Notes under the pieces: generated by a model
Told to the model about the DNA's origin: nothing
The model's database searches: none
The model's input: the letters and a program-made list of their open reading frames with translations, nothing else
Made by a program: the position numbers and the translations under genes
Source of the DNA: Macrostomum lignano
Lineage: Eukaryota
Direction: 5' to 3'
Assembly (NCBI GenBank): GCA_002269645.1
Contig: NIVC01001018.1
Span: forward strand, 124,001-188,000
Length of the DNA stretch: 64,000 bases
In this document: positions 25,384 through 37,001 of the stretch, piece by piece
Layout of the letters: every line of letters starts with the position of its first letter
How positions within the stretch are numbered: the stretch's first letter is position 1

Positions 25384-28300
25384 ATGGACAAGGTGACTCT
25401 GGATTGCAACGAAATCTGCGCATGCAAAGAGGTTAACCAGATCAATCTGGGAGAGCCCTACATCGTTGAACACTACCGTGACACCAGTCGCGTCAACGTA
25501 TCAAATGATCAATGCTTTCTTGGCGAGATGCTGCCGCAGGAGGACAACTCTACCAATGTCAATGTCAACGTGCTCATGAACAGCTACCTGTCCCCGCCCG
25601 TTATTGTCATCACCATGGTAACTAATATTTTTGTCTGCATTGTGCTAACTCGAAAGAGTATGGTTTCGCCAACTAATGTGCTACTGCTGGCAATGGCGTT
25701 TGTTGATATGGTCACGGGTAAGTTTTTTTGGGGATTTGGCTGGTGAGGGGTTGGGGTGGTTGGCTAGTGAGGGATTGGGGTGGTTGGCTGGTGAGGGGTT
25801 GGGGTGGTTGGCTGGTGAGGGGTTGGGGTGGTTGGCTGGTGAGGGGTTGGGGTGGTTGGCTGGTGAGGGGTTGGGGTGGTTGGCTGGTGAGGGGTTGGGG
25901 TGGTTGGCTGGTGAGGGGTTGGGGTGGTTGGCTGGTGAGGGGTTGGGGTGGTTGGCTGGTGAGGGATTGGGGTGGTTGGCTGGTGAGGGATCGGGGTGGT
26001 TGGCTAGTGAGGGATCGGGGTGGTTGGCTGGTGAAGGGTTGGGGTGGTTGGCTGGTGAGGGGTTACGGTTGTTGGCTGGTGAGGGGTTGGGGTGGTTGGC
26101 TGGTGAGGGGTTGGGGTGGTTGGCTGGTGAGGGATTGGGGTGGTTCGCTGGTGAGGAATCGGGTGGTTGGCTCGTGAGGGATCGGGTGGTTGGCTGGTGA
26201 GGGATTGGGGTGGTTGGCTGGTGAGGGATCGGGTGGTTGGCTGGTGAGGGTTGGGGTGGTTGGCTAGTGAGGGATTGGGTGGTTGGCTGGTGAGGGGTTG
26301 GGGTGGTTGGCTAGTGAGGGATTGGGTGGTTGGCTGGTGAGGGATCGGGGTGGTTGGCTGGTGAGGGATTGGGTGGTTGGCTGGTGAGGGGTTGGGGTGG
26401 TTGGCTAGTGAGGGATTGGGTGGTTGGCTGGTGAGGGATCGGGGTGGTTGGCTGGTGAGGGGTTGGGGTGGTTGGCTGGTGAGGGATTGGGTGGTTGGCT
26501 GGTGAGGGGTTGGGGTGGTTGGCTGGTGAGGGATTGGGTGGTTGGCTGGTGAGGGGTTGGGGTGGTTGGCTGGTGAGGGGTTGGGGTGGTTGGCTGGTGA
26601 GGGATTGGGGTGGTTCGCTGGTGAGGAATCGGGTGGTTGGCTCGTGAGGGGTTGGGGTGGTTGGCTGGTGAGGGGTTGGGGTGGTTGGCTGGTGAGGGAT
26701 TGGGGTGGTTGGCTGGTGAGGGATCGGGGTGGTTGGCTAGTGAGGGATCGGGGTGGTTGGCTGGTGAGGGGTTGGGGTGGTTGGCTGGTGAGGGGTTACG
26801 GTTGTTGGCTGGTGAGGGGTTGGGTGGTTGGCTGGTGAGGGGTTGGGGTGGTTGGCTGGTGAGGGATTGGGGTGGTTCGCTGGTGAGGAATCGGGTGGTT
26901 GGCTCGTGAGGGATCGGGTGGTTGGCTGGTGAGGGATTGGGGTGGTTGGCTGGTGAGGGATCGGGTGGTTGGCTGGTGAGGGGTTGGGGTGGTTGGCTAG
27001 TGAGGGATTGGGTGGTTGGCTGGTGAGGGGTTGGGGTGGTTGGCTAGTGAGGGATTGGGTGGTTGGCTGGTGAGGGATCGGGGTGGTTGGCTGGTGAGGG
27101 ATTGGGTGGTTGGCTGGTGAGGGTTGGGGTGGTTGGCTAGTGAGGGATTGGGTGGTTGGCTGGTGAGGGATCGGGGTGGTTGGCTGGTGAGGGGTTGGGG
27201 TGGTTGGCTGGTGAGGGATCGGGGTGGTTGGCTGGTGAGGGGTTGGGGTGGTTGGCTGGTGAGGGATTGGGTGGTTGGCTGGTGAGGGGTTGGGGTGGTT
27301 GGCTGGTGAGGGATTGGGTGGTTGGCTGGTGAGGGGTTGGGGTGGTTGGCTGGTGAGGGATCGGGGTGGTTGGCTGGTGAGGGATTGGGTGGTTGGCTGG
27401 TGAGGGATCGGGGTGGTTGGCTGGTGAGGGATCGGGGTGGTTGGCTGGTGAGGGATTGGGTGCGAAATTATTGCAGTTTGAAATCCCAATAGCCAGTGGG
27501 CAAGCCGCATCCCACCCGCAGGGCTGATCCCACTGCCCTGGTACCTGTTGAGCGCCTACTCCCGAGAGTGGCTCATCGATCACCTGTGCTCGAATCACTA
27601 CGTAGCCAACCTGCTGTACCTGATGGTGAACACAATTCCCACCATCTGTCACACAATCTCCATCTGGTTAACTGTGATGCTGGCCGCCCAGCGCTGGATC
27701 TACATCAGCTATCCAACATCCGTTAAGCGGATTTGTAGCGTACAAAAATCCGTCACAGCCGTGGCTGTGCTCAGCGTTACCACGGTGGTGTTCTACAGCG
27801 TTAGCCACCTGCTCTCCGGCTCCATCTACTTCCGCCTGCGGCCAGCCAATGGTGACAGCTTCGCCGTGGCCTCCTGCAGCGTCACGGAGCACCGCCCCTA
27901 CTACATGGCCGCCATGATCGTAAGGGCGCTGCTGGTGAACATCGCTCCCTGCCTGCTGCTGATCATCATCACCGCTATGCTCATCCGCGGACTTCACCGC
28001 GCCAGCCGGAGGCGGCAGCAGCTACTACGCAGCGGAACCGGCAAAAGCAAAGCCAAAAAGGGCGACAGCGACGGCGGTGGCGGCGGCGGCGGTGGCGGAG
28101 AAGAGCGTCGCTGTCATCGTCGGAATCAATCGAGCCGTAAGCGCCGAGAGAAGACCGGCACAACTCTGATGCTGACAATCATTGTGAGCATCTTCCTGCT
28201 GGTTGAGCTGCCGATGGCCTTCATCATGACCGTGTTCATTCTGCGGGTGGGGAAACTGGTGCAGAACAGCACCTGGAATCTGGTGAATTGCAGCTTCCCA

Positions 28301-28630
28301 ATTGTGAACTTCATCATCCTGGTGAGCTACCCGATCAACTTCTTCATCTACTGCCTGATGTCAACGCAGTTCAGGCAGACGTTCGCCAGCCTGTTCAACG
28401 GCGGCCGCTCATCGTCAGGCCAGCCGCAGCCCAGCCGCCTGCTGCATGGCGGCGGCCCCAGCGGCATCGAGCTGAGCAGCCGGGCGGATGGCGACACCGA
28501 CTTTCGATCGTCCGTGTTCTGGCGACGCAGAAGCAGCGTCAGGCTGGGCAGCAGCGGCGGCGGCGTCGGCGGCGGCAACGAGCTGGCGGTGCCGCCAGTC
28601 AGCAGCCGAACTCTTCAGGTACCTGTCTGA
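25384..28630 (+). CDS. Rhodopsin-family neuropeptide GPCR, sex-peptide/myoinhibitory-peptide receptor-like, about 480 aa. Exons 25384-25717, 27522-28630
   Basis: Seven hydrophobic segments; SPTNVLLLAMAFVD, CHTISIWLTVMLAAQRWIY and NFFIYCLMSTQFRQTF are typical of the SPR/MIP-R group. The phase-1 intron (GTAAGT at 25718, CAG at 27521) restores TG|LIPLPW. Confidence 0.85.
25735..27460. repeat. 23-24-bp G-rich minisatellite filling the GPCR intron
   Basis: GGTTGGCTGGTGAGGGGTTGGGGT units. Confidence 0.96.
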
Positions 28631-28864
28631 TTAAACAAATGAAACTGAAGTTCCGATTGTACTTAAAGAGGAGGCAGATACGATTGAATATGGATTCTTC
28701 TTGATGAGTTGTTGGCAAAGGCGCATTGCTTTGTGTCCGTGAAAAATTCTTTGTGTTTTTGTTTAGAAAAATCTGTTGTGCAAATGTCTGTATTGCATCG
28801 TTCGCGCATGGTCGTGGGCAACTTTTAGATTGCTTATCATTTTCTACCCAAACAGCCCAGGAAT

Positions 28865-29300
28865 TATCTACAAATCTATAGACTACAGATCTATAGACTA
28901 CAGATCTATAGACTACAAATCTATAGACTATACAAATCTATAGACTACAGATCTATAGACTACAAATCTATAGACTACAAATCTATAAGCTAAATATCTA
29001 TAGACTACAAATGTATAAGCTACATATCTATAAACTACAGATCTATAAACTACAGATCTATAGACTACAGATCTATAAACTACAGATCTATAGACTACAG
29101 ATCTATAAACTACAGATCTATAGACTACAGATCTATAGACTACAGATCTATAGACTACAGATCTATAGACTACAGATCTATAGACTACAGATCTATAGAC
29201 TAAAGATCTATAGACTACAGATCTATAAACTACAGATCTATAGACTACAGATCTATAAACTACAGATCTATAGACTACAGATCTATAGACTTCACGTCTA
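28865..29300. repeat. 15-bp minisatellite (TACAGATCTATAGAC)
   Basis: Seen directly. Confidence 0.95.
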
Positions 29301-29777
29301 AGAGCGTAGAAGTTACAGATCATAAGCTAGAGATCTGTATTTTATATCCGTACTCTATGGATATCTAGTGAATAAAGCAGCTACGGGGATCTACAGACAA
29401 AATCCATAGGCTGAAGTCATGTACTCACACCAGCTTGTCAATATGATTAATACAAAGCTAATTTTATTATCCGAAAAAATCATCAAGCCAGCCCACTCAG
29501 CTTTGCTTTGTGTTGAAATTTTTAAATCTAAAAATTTTCACTGCACCCGATTCTAAATCTGAATTGTTCTCCTTTGTTTTACGTTTTAATATGCATCTAA
29601 TTTTGGATTCTGAGCGCTAATGAAATACTGGTACTCACTTTTTTCTGCTTGAAGAAGCCACTTTGTTGTTGCAGTGAATACTGATTGAATGTTTCTTTTT
29701 TAGCATCGCCCTTTTCGGAATATTTTGCTTAATTTGGAAGTCAATAGTTTCATTTTGGGTAATTTGGTCTACCGCTA

Positions 29778-30235
29778 CCAGATGGCAGTTAAGCTATAGC
29801 AGATGGCAGTTAAGCTATAGCAGATGGCAGTTAAGCTATATCAGATGGCAGTTAAGCTATATCAAATGGCAGTTAAGCTATATCAGATGGCAGTTAAGCT
29901 ATATCAGATGGCAGTTAAGCTAAATCAGATGGCAGTTAAGCTATATCAGATGGCAGTTAAGCTATATCAGATGGCAGTTAAGCTATATCAGATGGCAGTT
30001 AAGCTATATCAGATGGCAGTTAAGCTAAATCAGATGGCAGTTAAGCTAAATCAGATGGCAGTTAAGCTAAATCAGATGGCAGTTAAGCTAAATCAGATGG
30101 CAGTTAAGCTATATCAGATGGCAGTTAAGCTATATCAGATGGCAGTTAAGCTAAATCAGATGGCAGTTAAGCTATATCAGATGGCAGTTAAGCTAAATCA
30201 GATGGCAGTTAAGCTATAGCAGATGGCAGATAAGC
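29778..30235. repeat. 21-bp minisatellite (CAGATGGCAGTTAAGCTATAT)
   Basis: Seen directly. Confidence 0.95.
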
Positions 30236-30509
30236 TTTCATTTGGCCAACCTCGTTATCCAACAGTCCAGAATGCCCCGGTTCTGTGTATTAATTCCCTC
30301 TATTTAAACTGTACTCATATCTGTTTTGGCTCTTCAGATCGATGTTGATTGAGTTAAGCTGACAACCCAGCTATGTCAAACAACACAGTGAATTTGTCAA
30401 TATTATTTTGTCGGATGATAACAGCACCTCTTGTATAAAGATTCACAAGTATGATATGGACTCAAACGAATTGAAACTTTGACTTTTTGTTTTTTAGGCT
30501 TTCGATGCT

Positions 30510-30862
30510 ACAGGGGGAGACTTAAACGCCATTTTGACGCTACTGGGAGACTTTAGCGCCATTTTGACGCTACTGGGGGACTTTAGCGCCATTTTGACGC
30601 TACTGGGGGACTTTAGCGCCATTTTGACGCTACTGGGAGACTTTAGCGCCATTTTGACGCTACTGGGGGACTTTAGCGCCATTTTGACGCTACTGGGAGA
30701 CTTTAGCGCCATTTTGACGCTACTGGGAGACTTTAGCGCCATTTTGACGCTACTGGGAGACTTTAGCGCCATTTTGACGCTACTGGGAGACTTTAGCGCC
30801 ATTTTGACGCTACTGGGAGACTTTAGCGCCATTTTGACGCTACTGGGGGACTTGAAAGCCAT
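30510..30862. repeat. 30-bp minisatellite (ATTTTGACGCTACTGGGAGACTTTAGCGCC)
   Basis: Seen directly. Confidence 0.95.
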
Positions 30863-30993
30863 ATTGAAATTATCTCCACCATTTTTACTAAGGGGGGGGA
30901 GCAGCTGACCCCATTGACCTCACTTACAGTGTAGATGGATCTCCTAGACTGCAGTTAAGCAGAGAAGGGCAGCTGCCCCCTCTCCCTGTAATA

Positions 30994-32305
30994 CGAGGGT
31001 TGTGTCATAAATTCGCTGACAAACTTACATAGTGTCTGTTTCTTTTGTACTTTGGGGCAGAATTTTTTGTTACAGACTAAGGCACCATCGATCTTATTGT
31101 CTATGGAAAATCTTCCCTCTGGCTTTTGAGATAAGGCAGAAATCGAGTGGCATTTAAACCACCCTTCTAGCCAGTATGGAGAAAAGTGAAGCTGCCAAGC
31201 GCACTGTCATTTGGTCGTTGTGGAAGCAGCAGAAGAAGCAGGCTGATATTTACCGCGAGCTGCTGCAAATCTTTGGTGAGGATGCACCTTCGAAACAAAC
31301 TGTGTCAAAGTGGGTGCAGCGCTTTGAGGACGGCTGGGAGACAGTTGATGATGCTCCCCGCCCAGGTGCACCGCGGTCATCCACTTCCAGTGACAACATC
31401 CAGCGTGTGCAGCATGCCCTGGACGATGATCATGGAGCAACCCTGAGGCAGTTAGAGGACTTGTTGGCGATACCAATGAAGAGCATTCATCGCATCATCT
31501 CCGACCATCTGCATATGACACGAGTTGTTGCACGATGGGTCCCTAAACTGCTGACTCCTGTCCAACTGCAAGACAGGGTCCAGATGTGCCGCCACCTGCT
31601 CAACGCCTATCAAAACGAGCCCGACTTTCTTGGCCGCCTGGTGACTGGTGATGAAACGTGGTTTCACTTCTACGAACCGGAAACAAAACAGCAGAGCAGC
31701 GTCTGGAAGGCTACTCACGAACCCCCACCGGTCAAGGCCAAGGCGGTGCAGTCAGCAGGTAAGCGCATGGCCACCGTGTTCTGGGACAGAGAAGGCATCT
31801 TGCTGATCGAGTGGCTACCTGAAGGCAGAACCATCAATGCCCAGTACTACTGTGAAATATTGGAATGGCTGCGTGAGAAGATCAAGAGTGAGCGCCGGGG
31901 AAGGATCACCAGGGGCACTGTGCTGCAGCATGACAACGCCAGGCCGCATACCTGCAATGCAACTATGGATGTCATCAGGAGACTAGGCTTCGAGTTGCTG
32001 CCTCACCCTGCCTATTCTCCTGACCTGGCCCCTAGTGACTACTGGTTGTTCCCTAAAATGAAAGAGCCTCTTCGTGGCCATCGCTATGGAAGCCTTTCTG
32101 CACTTAGCTCGGCCATCAGCCAGTGGGTACGAGGGACCCCCACGGAATTCTTCGCTCAGGGCATCAGCAAGCTGCCAGAAAGATGGCACAAATGTGTGCA
32201 GCTTGGGGGTGACTATGTTGAGAAGTGCAATGTTGACAATTAGCTGTTCTTTGTTTTGTTTCTTTGATATTTGCAGTTGTCAGCGAATTTATGACACAAC
32301 CCTCG
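30994..32305 (+). mobile_element. Full-length mariner (Tc1/mariner) DNA transposon, 1312 bp
   Basis: Perfect 29-bp TIRs CGAGGGTTGTGTCATAAATTCGCTGACAA at 30994-31022 and 32277-32305, with TA on both flanks (30992-93, 32306-07). Confidence 0.96.
31176..32243 (+). CDS. Mariner transposase, 355 aa, intact
   Basis: WVPKLL, VTGDETW, HDNARPH and YSPDLAPSDY motifs; 34 residues between the second and third catalytic Asp (DD34D). Confidence 0.96.
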   Translation: MEKSEAAKRTVIWSLWKQQKKQADIYRELLQIFGEDAPSKQTVSKWVQRFEDGWETVDDAPRPGAPRSSTSSDNIQRVQHALDDDHGATLRQLEDLLAIPMKSIHRIISDHLHMTRVVARWVPKLLTPVQLQDRVQMCRHLLNAYQNEPDFLGRLVTGDETWFHFYEPETKQQSSVWKATHEPPPVKAKAVQSAGKRMATVFWDREGILLIEWLPEGRTINAQYYCEILEWLREKIKSERRGRITRGTVLQHDNARPHTCNATMDVIRRLGFELLPHPAYSPDLAPSDYWLFPKMKEPLRGHRYGSLSALSSAISQWVRGTPTEFFAQGISKLPERWHKCVQLGGDYVEKCNVDN

Positions 32306-32779
32306 TATATACGAGCCATTTGTTACACAGCAGAAATGTGAGGGAAAATTTCCTCTAAAAGCGGAAACGCAAGGCGGGAAAATAGAAACACGGGGCAAGA
32401 AACAACTGCTTTATTTGCCTGCTTTGCTTCTAGAGGCAGACAGTCCAAACCAGTTCTCGGACAGGTCGACAGCAAAAATCGCCTTTGAGTGAAAAAATTA
32501 TTTTAGAAATTGATGAACAGCTATTTGAGTCGCAGGGCCCAATCAATTCTTTGACTAATTAAAAGATGAAATAAAAGGATTTGGAAGTCATTTTTATTGC
32601 TCAAAGAGTTAATAACGGAAGAAACTCGCGGCTTTGATGGGATTTGCTAATTGCATTCGGTAGATAATTGAGTATTCGGTGCTCTTAAGACCTATAATTA
32701 TGTGAATTTGGTGAACTATAATGAGATCGTTATAGCCAAGAGTTGGTAGTGTTGTTATTTGAGTTATGAACAGTACACG

Positions 32780-33600
32780 AAAAAAGTGATTGAGTCAAAC
32801 CATGGTCATAGGATAGTTAATGATGAAAAGTGATTGAGTCAAACCATGGTCTTAGGAGAGTTTATGATGAAAAGTGATTGAGCCAAACCATGGTCATAGG
32901 ATAGTTTATGATGAAAAGTGATTGAGTCAAACCATGGTCTTAGGATATTTTATGATGAAAAGTGATTGAGTCAAACCATGGTCATAGGATAGTTAATGAT
33001 GAAAAGTGATTGAGTCAAACCATGGTCATAGGATAGTTAATGATGAAAAGTGATTGAGTCAAACCATGGTCATAGGATATTTTATGAGGAAAAGTGATTG
33101 AGTCAAACCATGGTCTTAGGATAGTTAATGATGAAAAGTGATTGAGTCAAACCATGGTCATAGGATAGTTAATGATGAAAAGTGATTGAGTCAAACCATG
33201 GTCATAGGATATTTTATGAGGAAAAGTGATTGAGTCAAACCATGGTCTTAGGATAGTTAATGATGAAAAGTGATTGAGCCAAACCATGGTCATAGGATAT
33301 TTTATGATGAAAAGTGATTGAGTCAAACCATGGTCATAGGATATTTTATGATGAAAAGTGATTGAGTCAAACCATGGTCTTAGGATAGTTAATGATGAAA
33401 AGTGATTGAGCCAAACCATGGTCTTAGGATAGTTAATGATGAAAAGTGATTGTCATACGATTGTCATAGGACAGTTTATGATAAAAAGTGTTTGAGTCAT
33501 ACGATTGTCATAGGACAGTTTTTTGATAAAAAGTGTTTGAGTCATACGATGGTCATAGGACAGTTTATGATAAAAAGTGATTGAGTCATACGATGGTCAT
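32780..33600. repeat. 44-bp minisatellite (GAAAAGTGATTGAGTCAAACCATGGTCATAGGATAGTTAATGAT)
   Basis: Seen directly. Confidence 0.95.
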
Positions 33601-33999
33601 ATGGCTATTTAGATTTCAGATCATTAAGGTCATTTTGATGCTTCAGAATTACATGAAGCTCTGTATTAAAAGCGCTACAGCATTTCTTCTCTATATGCCT
33701 GTAATAAAATCTATCTGCAAAGCACACACAGATTTACTATACATGTAAATAGCAAACTGTATCTAAGGTATATTCAAGTCAATAGAGCTTCATCAACAAT
33801 GCAGACATGAAACACCAGGATTGAAGCCTATTATTATAGCTAAGACGCTCGCAGGCAATACTGTTAAAGGCGCAGCGACACTGATAAGATAAGAACCCCG
33901 GCAAACAGTGTGCAGCTTCAGTGCCTCATCTGCCTCGTGTGTCGTTGAGCAAATCGGTCATATACAGGTGCAGCCATATGAGAAAAAGCTCTGGCGCCC

Positions 34000-34092
34000 C
34001 TCAAATGAAATGGCCCTATACTCAAATGAAATGGCCCTACACTCAAATGAAATTGCCCTATACTCAAATGAAATGGCCCTATACTCAAATAA
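34000..34092. repeat. 21-bp short tandem array (TCAAATGAAATGGCCCTATAC)
   Basis: About 4 units. Confidence 0.85.
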
Positions 34093-36084
34093 AACGGGCC
34101 TACTGCCGCCTTGAACTACAACAGTGCCCGAAGCCCTGCAGCCGCGAGATAAATAAAATGCTGCTGGCTTAATACTTGCTTTTAATATCAGGAAATCAAA
34201 GCCGGGAAATTTGACGCCTAATCTCGAGCTCGAGTCCCCAGATTCGCGATCCTCTACTGTTGTCCCTACCTCTACTGAGCTTCCTCTCGTTAAATAAAAG
34301 CTAGGCCGGACTCGTGTGTCGGCCAGATAGACAGCTAAGCATATTCAGCGAGGCTCCCTCCGCACTGGATGCCCTTTGTTTTGAGCCCCCACCCCCCTAT
34401 GGAGTTTCCTCCATACGCAAGACGTCAGAAATCGATGATTAATTAGCCAGCCGCCGCCTCTCTCGGCTCCGTTCGCTTGGGGAGAGGCGGCTTTGATGAA
34501 GGATCGAAGATTCTGGGCCGCTATTTTATTAATTTTCCCTCTCTTACCCGCCAAGACGTTGCTCACAGCCGAGTCGCGAACTTGTCCCTAGAGCTTGGGT
34601 GGCCTCTGCTGCCAAATCTTTGCATTGACTTTCAATCTAAAAGCGTTTCTAGTTTGTTGTTTATCAGCCCCTTATATTTAGAATATTTTCTGGGAAACGT
34701 GTCTGATTCTATTGAAATTAAGCTGAGTTTGAGTGCGTTCGCGGGTGTCTCAGCTTGAATCCCTGTCAACGTTCATTTCAAGGTCATTGCTAGGCATCCG
34801 GAGCCACCAGCTAGAATAACTAGATGGGCCATTCAGAACATTTGCGTGCAAGCTACTTTCAGTTCAGTAGTAAGTTAATCTGAAGCATTTTAATGTATTT
34901 TTAAAGCCAAGGATCATTACGAGTAATTGGCTCCTACCCCAGCTTAAACCTTAAACCATCCAACCACGCCCCGCCTTTCTCGGAATTCCAGCCTAAAGCG
35001 GCCATGTACATTCAGTGGACTGGCTAATGTACATTATTGCTGGACCAATTAACAAGCTGTTTAACGCCTGCAAAATTGGGCTTCTAAACTTATCAAAGTC
35101 ATTTCAGCTGCCTTTCTTATATCTCGTAGTTTTATAAAATAGCTAATGCATTCTTCTTTGCTACTGAACTGAAAGTAGAAAGCTGCTTTACTAAGTATAT
35201 AAGCCTAAGTGGCCCATCTAGTTATTTTAGGTATCTATGCTAAATACAAAAATTTGCAAAAAAGTAAAAAATCGAAGGATTTAAGATGTATGCAATTTTC
35301 TAAGAAACTACGTTTTAGTATCTGCGATTTTCTAAGAAATAGAAAGCGTGGAAATTTAAAAGACCTAAAGGATTTTCTAGGAAACTACTGTGATATTAAA
35401 AAAACTTCGGTTTTACTACATGTAAATATGTTTAACTTTCGCTTCTAAGCATTACACGAATTGTATATGAAAAGTGAAAACAATATAAAAATATTAATCA
35501 GTTTTATTATAGATTACAAGCCGAGTTTTAGAAAATAAAGTTATGGCACAGTTTTGAAACTGTTACGACGTGTTCTGTTATCGTTATGTGTATTTATTTA
35601 GCTATTAATATTAATATATACTACTTGTACAAACCCACTGATCTTCGAACCCGGGGCCAGGGAATATGCAAACAGGTTTAACAGGGAGCAGAACAGGTAA
35701 TTGAGACGTAAGAAATAAAAAAGGATGGCCACCGTAGTTGCATTAATTTATCCACTGAGAATATCGTTAATGCACAGAAGACCCTACTGATAGGCGTTGA
35801 GCAGTAGAATAATGCGCATATTTATTGTCACCCCAAATAATTGCGTGATGAGTCGGGATTAAGGATTTAACATTTCTTCCATTCATTACAATGTAGAAGA
35901 ATTACTCACAGAGTAAAACTACACCAGAGATACAAGGCTGAGGAATTGGCGACACACCTAGCAACTGTTATTTATCTTCTTAATGGAGTCTCTGTATATA
36001 GATAAGTTGGAAACAAGCCAACAGCAAATTTACCAGTTAACTATGCCTACTACGGTACAATTGTTTGTAAATTATTCGAGTTGA

Positions 36085-36870
36085 GTTGAGGGATCTGAGC
36101 ACCCCAATCTGAGGGATCTGAGCACCCCAATCTGAGGGATCTGAGCACCCCAATCTGAGGGATCTGAGCACCCCAATATGAGGGATCTGAGCACCCCAAT
36201 CTGAGGGATCTGAGCACCCCAATCTGAGGAATCTGAGCACCCCAATCTGAGGGATCTGAGCACCCCAATCTGAGGGATCTGAGCACCCCAATATGAGGGA
36301 TCTGAGCACCCCAATCTGAGGGATCTGAGCACCCCAATCTGAGGAATCTGAGCACCCCAATCTGAGGGATCTGAGCACCCCAATCTGAGGGATCTGAGCA
36401 CTCCAGATCTGAGGGATCTGAGCACCCCAATCTGAGGGATCTGAGCACCCCAATCTGAGGGATCTGAGCACCCCAATCTGAGGAATCTGAGCACCCCAAT
36501 CTGAGGGATCTGAGCACTCCAGATCTGAGGGATCTGAGCACTCCAGGTCTGAGGGATCTGAGCACCCCAATCTGAGGGATCTGAGCACCCCAATCTGAGG
36601 GATCTGAGCACTCCAGATCTGAGGGATCTGAGCACACCAGATCTGAGGGATCTGAGCACACCAGATCTGAGGGATCTGAGCACACCAGATCTGAGGGATC
36701 TGAGCACTCCAGGTCTGAGGGATCTGAGCACCCCAGGTCTAAGGAATCTGAGCACCCCAATATGAGGCATCTGAGCACCCCAGGTCTAAGGAATCTGAGC
36801 ACCCCAATATGAGGCATCTGAGCACCCCAGGTCTGAGGCATCTGAGCACCCCAATCCGAGGGATCTGAGA
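36085..36870. repeat. 23-bp minisatellite (GAGGGATCTGAGCACCCCAATCT)
   Basis: Starts about 130 nt past the TXNL1 stop codon. Confidence 0.95.
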
Positions 36871-37001
36871 AGCTAACTCGTGCAAGAGAGCCCCTACACA
36901 ATCAAAGGTTAGCTTTAGCAAAACAACTTAACCGCTACATAGATAATTAGCCAAATTAACTTTCATCAATGCTAAAGTCAAACTCGGCCGGTTAATAAAG
37001 T

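Noticed and set aside
27471-27481. TTGCAG at 27476 as the GPCR exon 2 acceptor
   Set aside because: It gives an immediate in-frame TGA, whereas the acceptor at 27521 restores GLIPLPW.
25676-27510. Trp/Gly-rich and Pro-rich ORFs
   Set aside because: Intronic 24-bp repeat translations.
30890-30990. GGGGGGAGCAGCTG...CAGCTGCCCCCTC imperfect inverted repeat next to the mariner
   Set aside because: Too short and imperfect, with no TSD; possibly a MITE relic.
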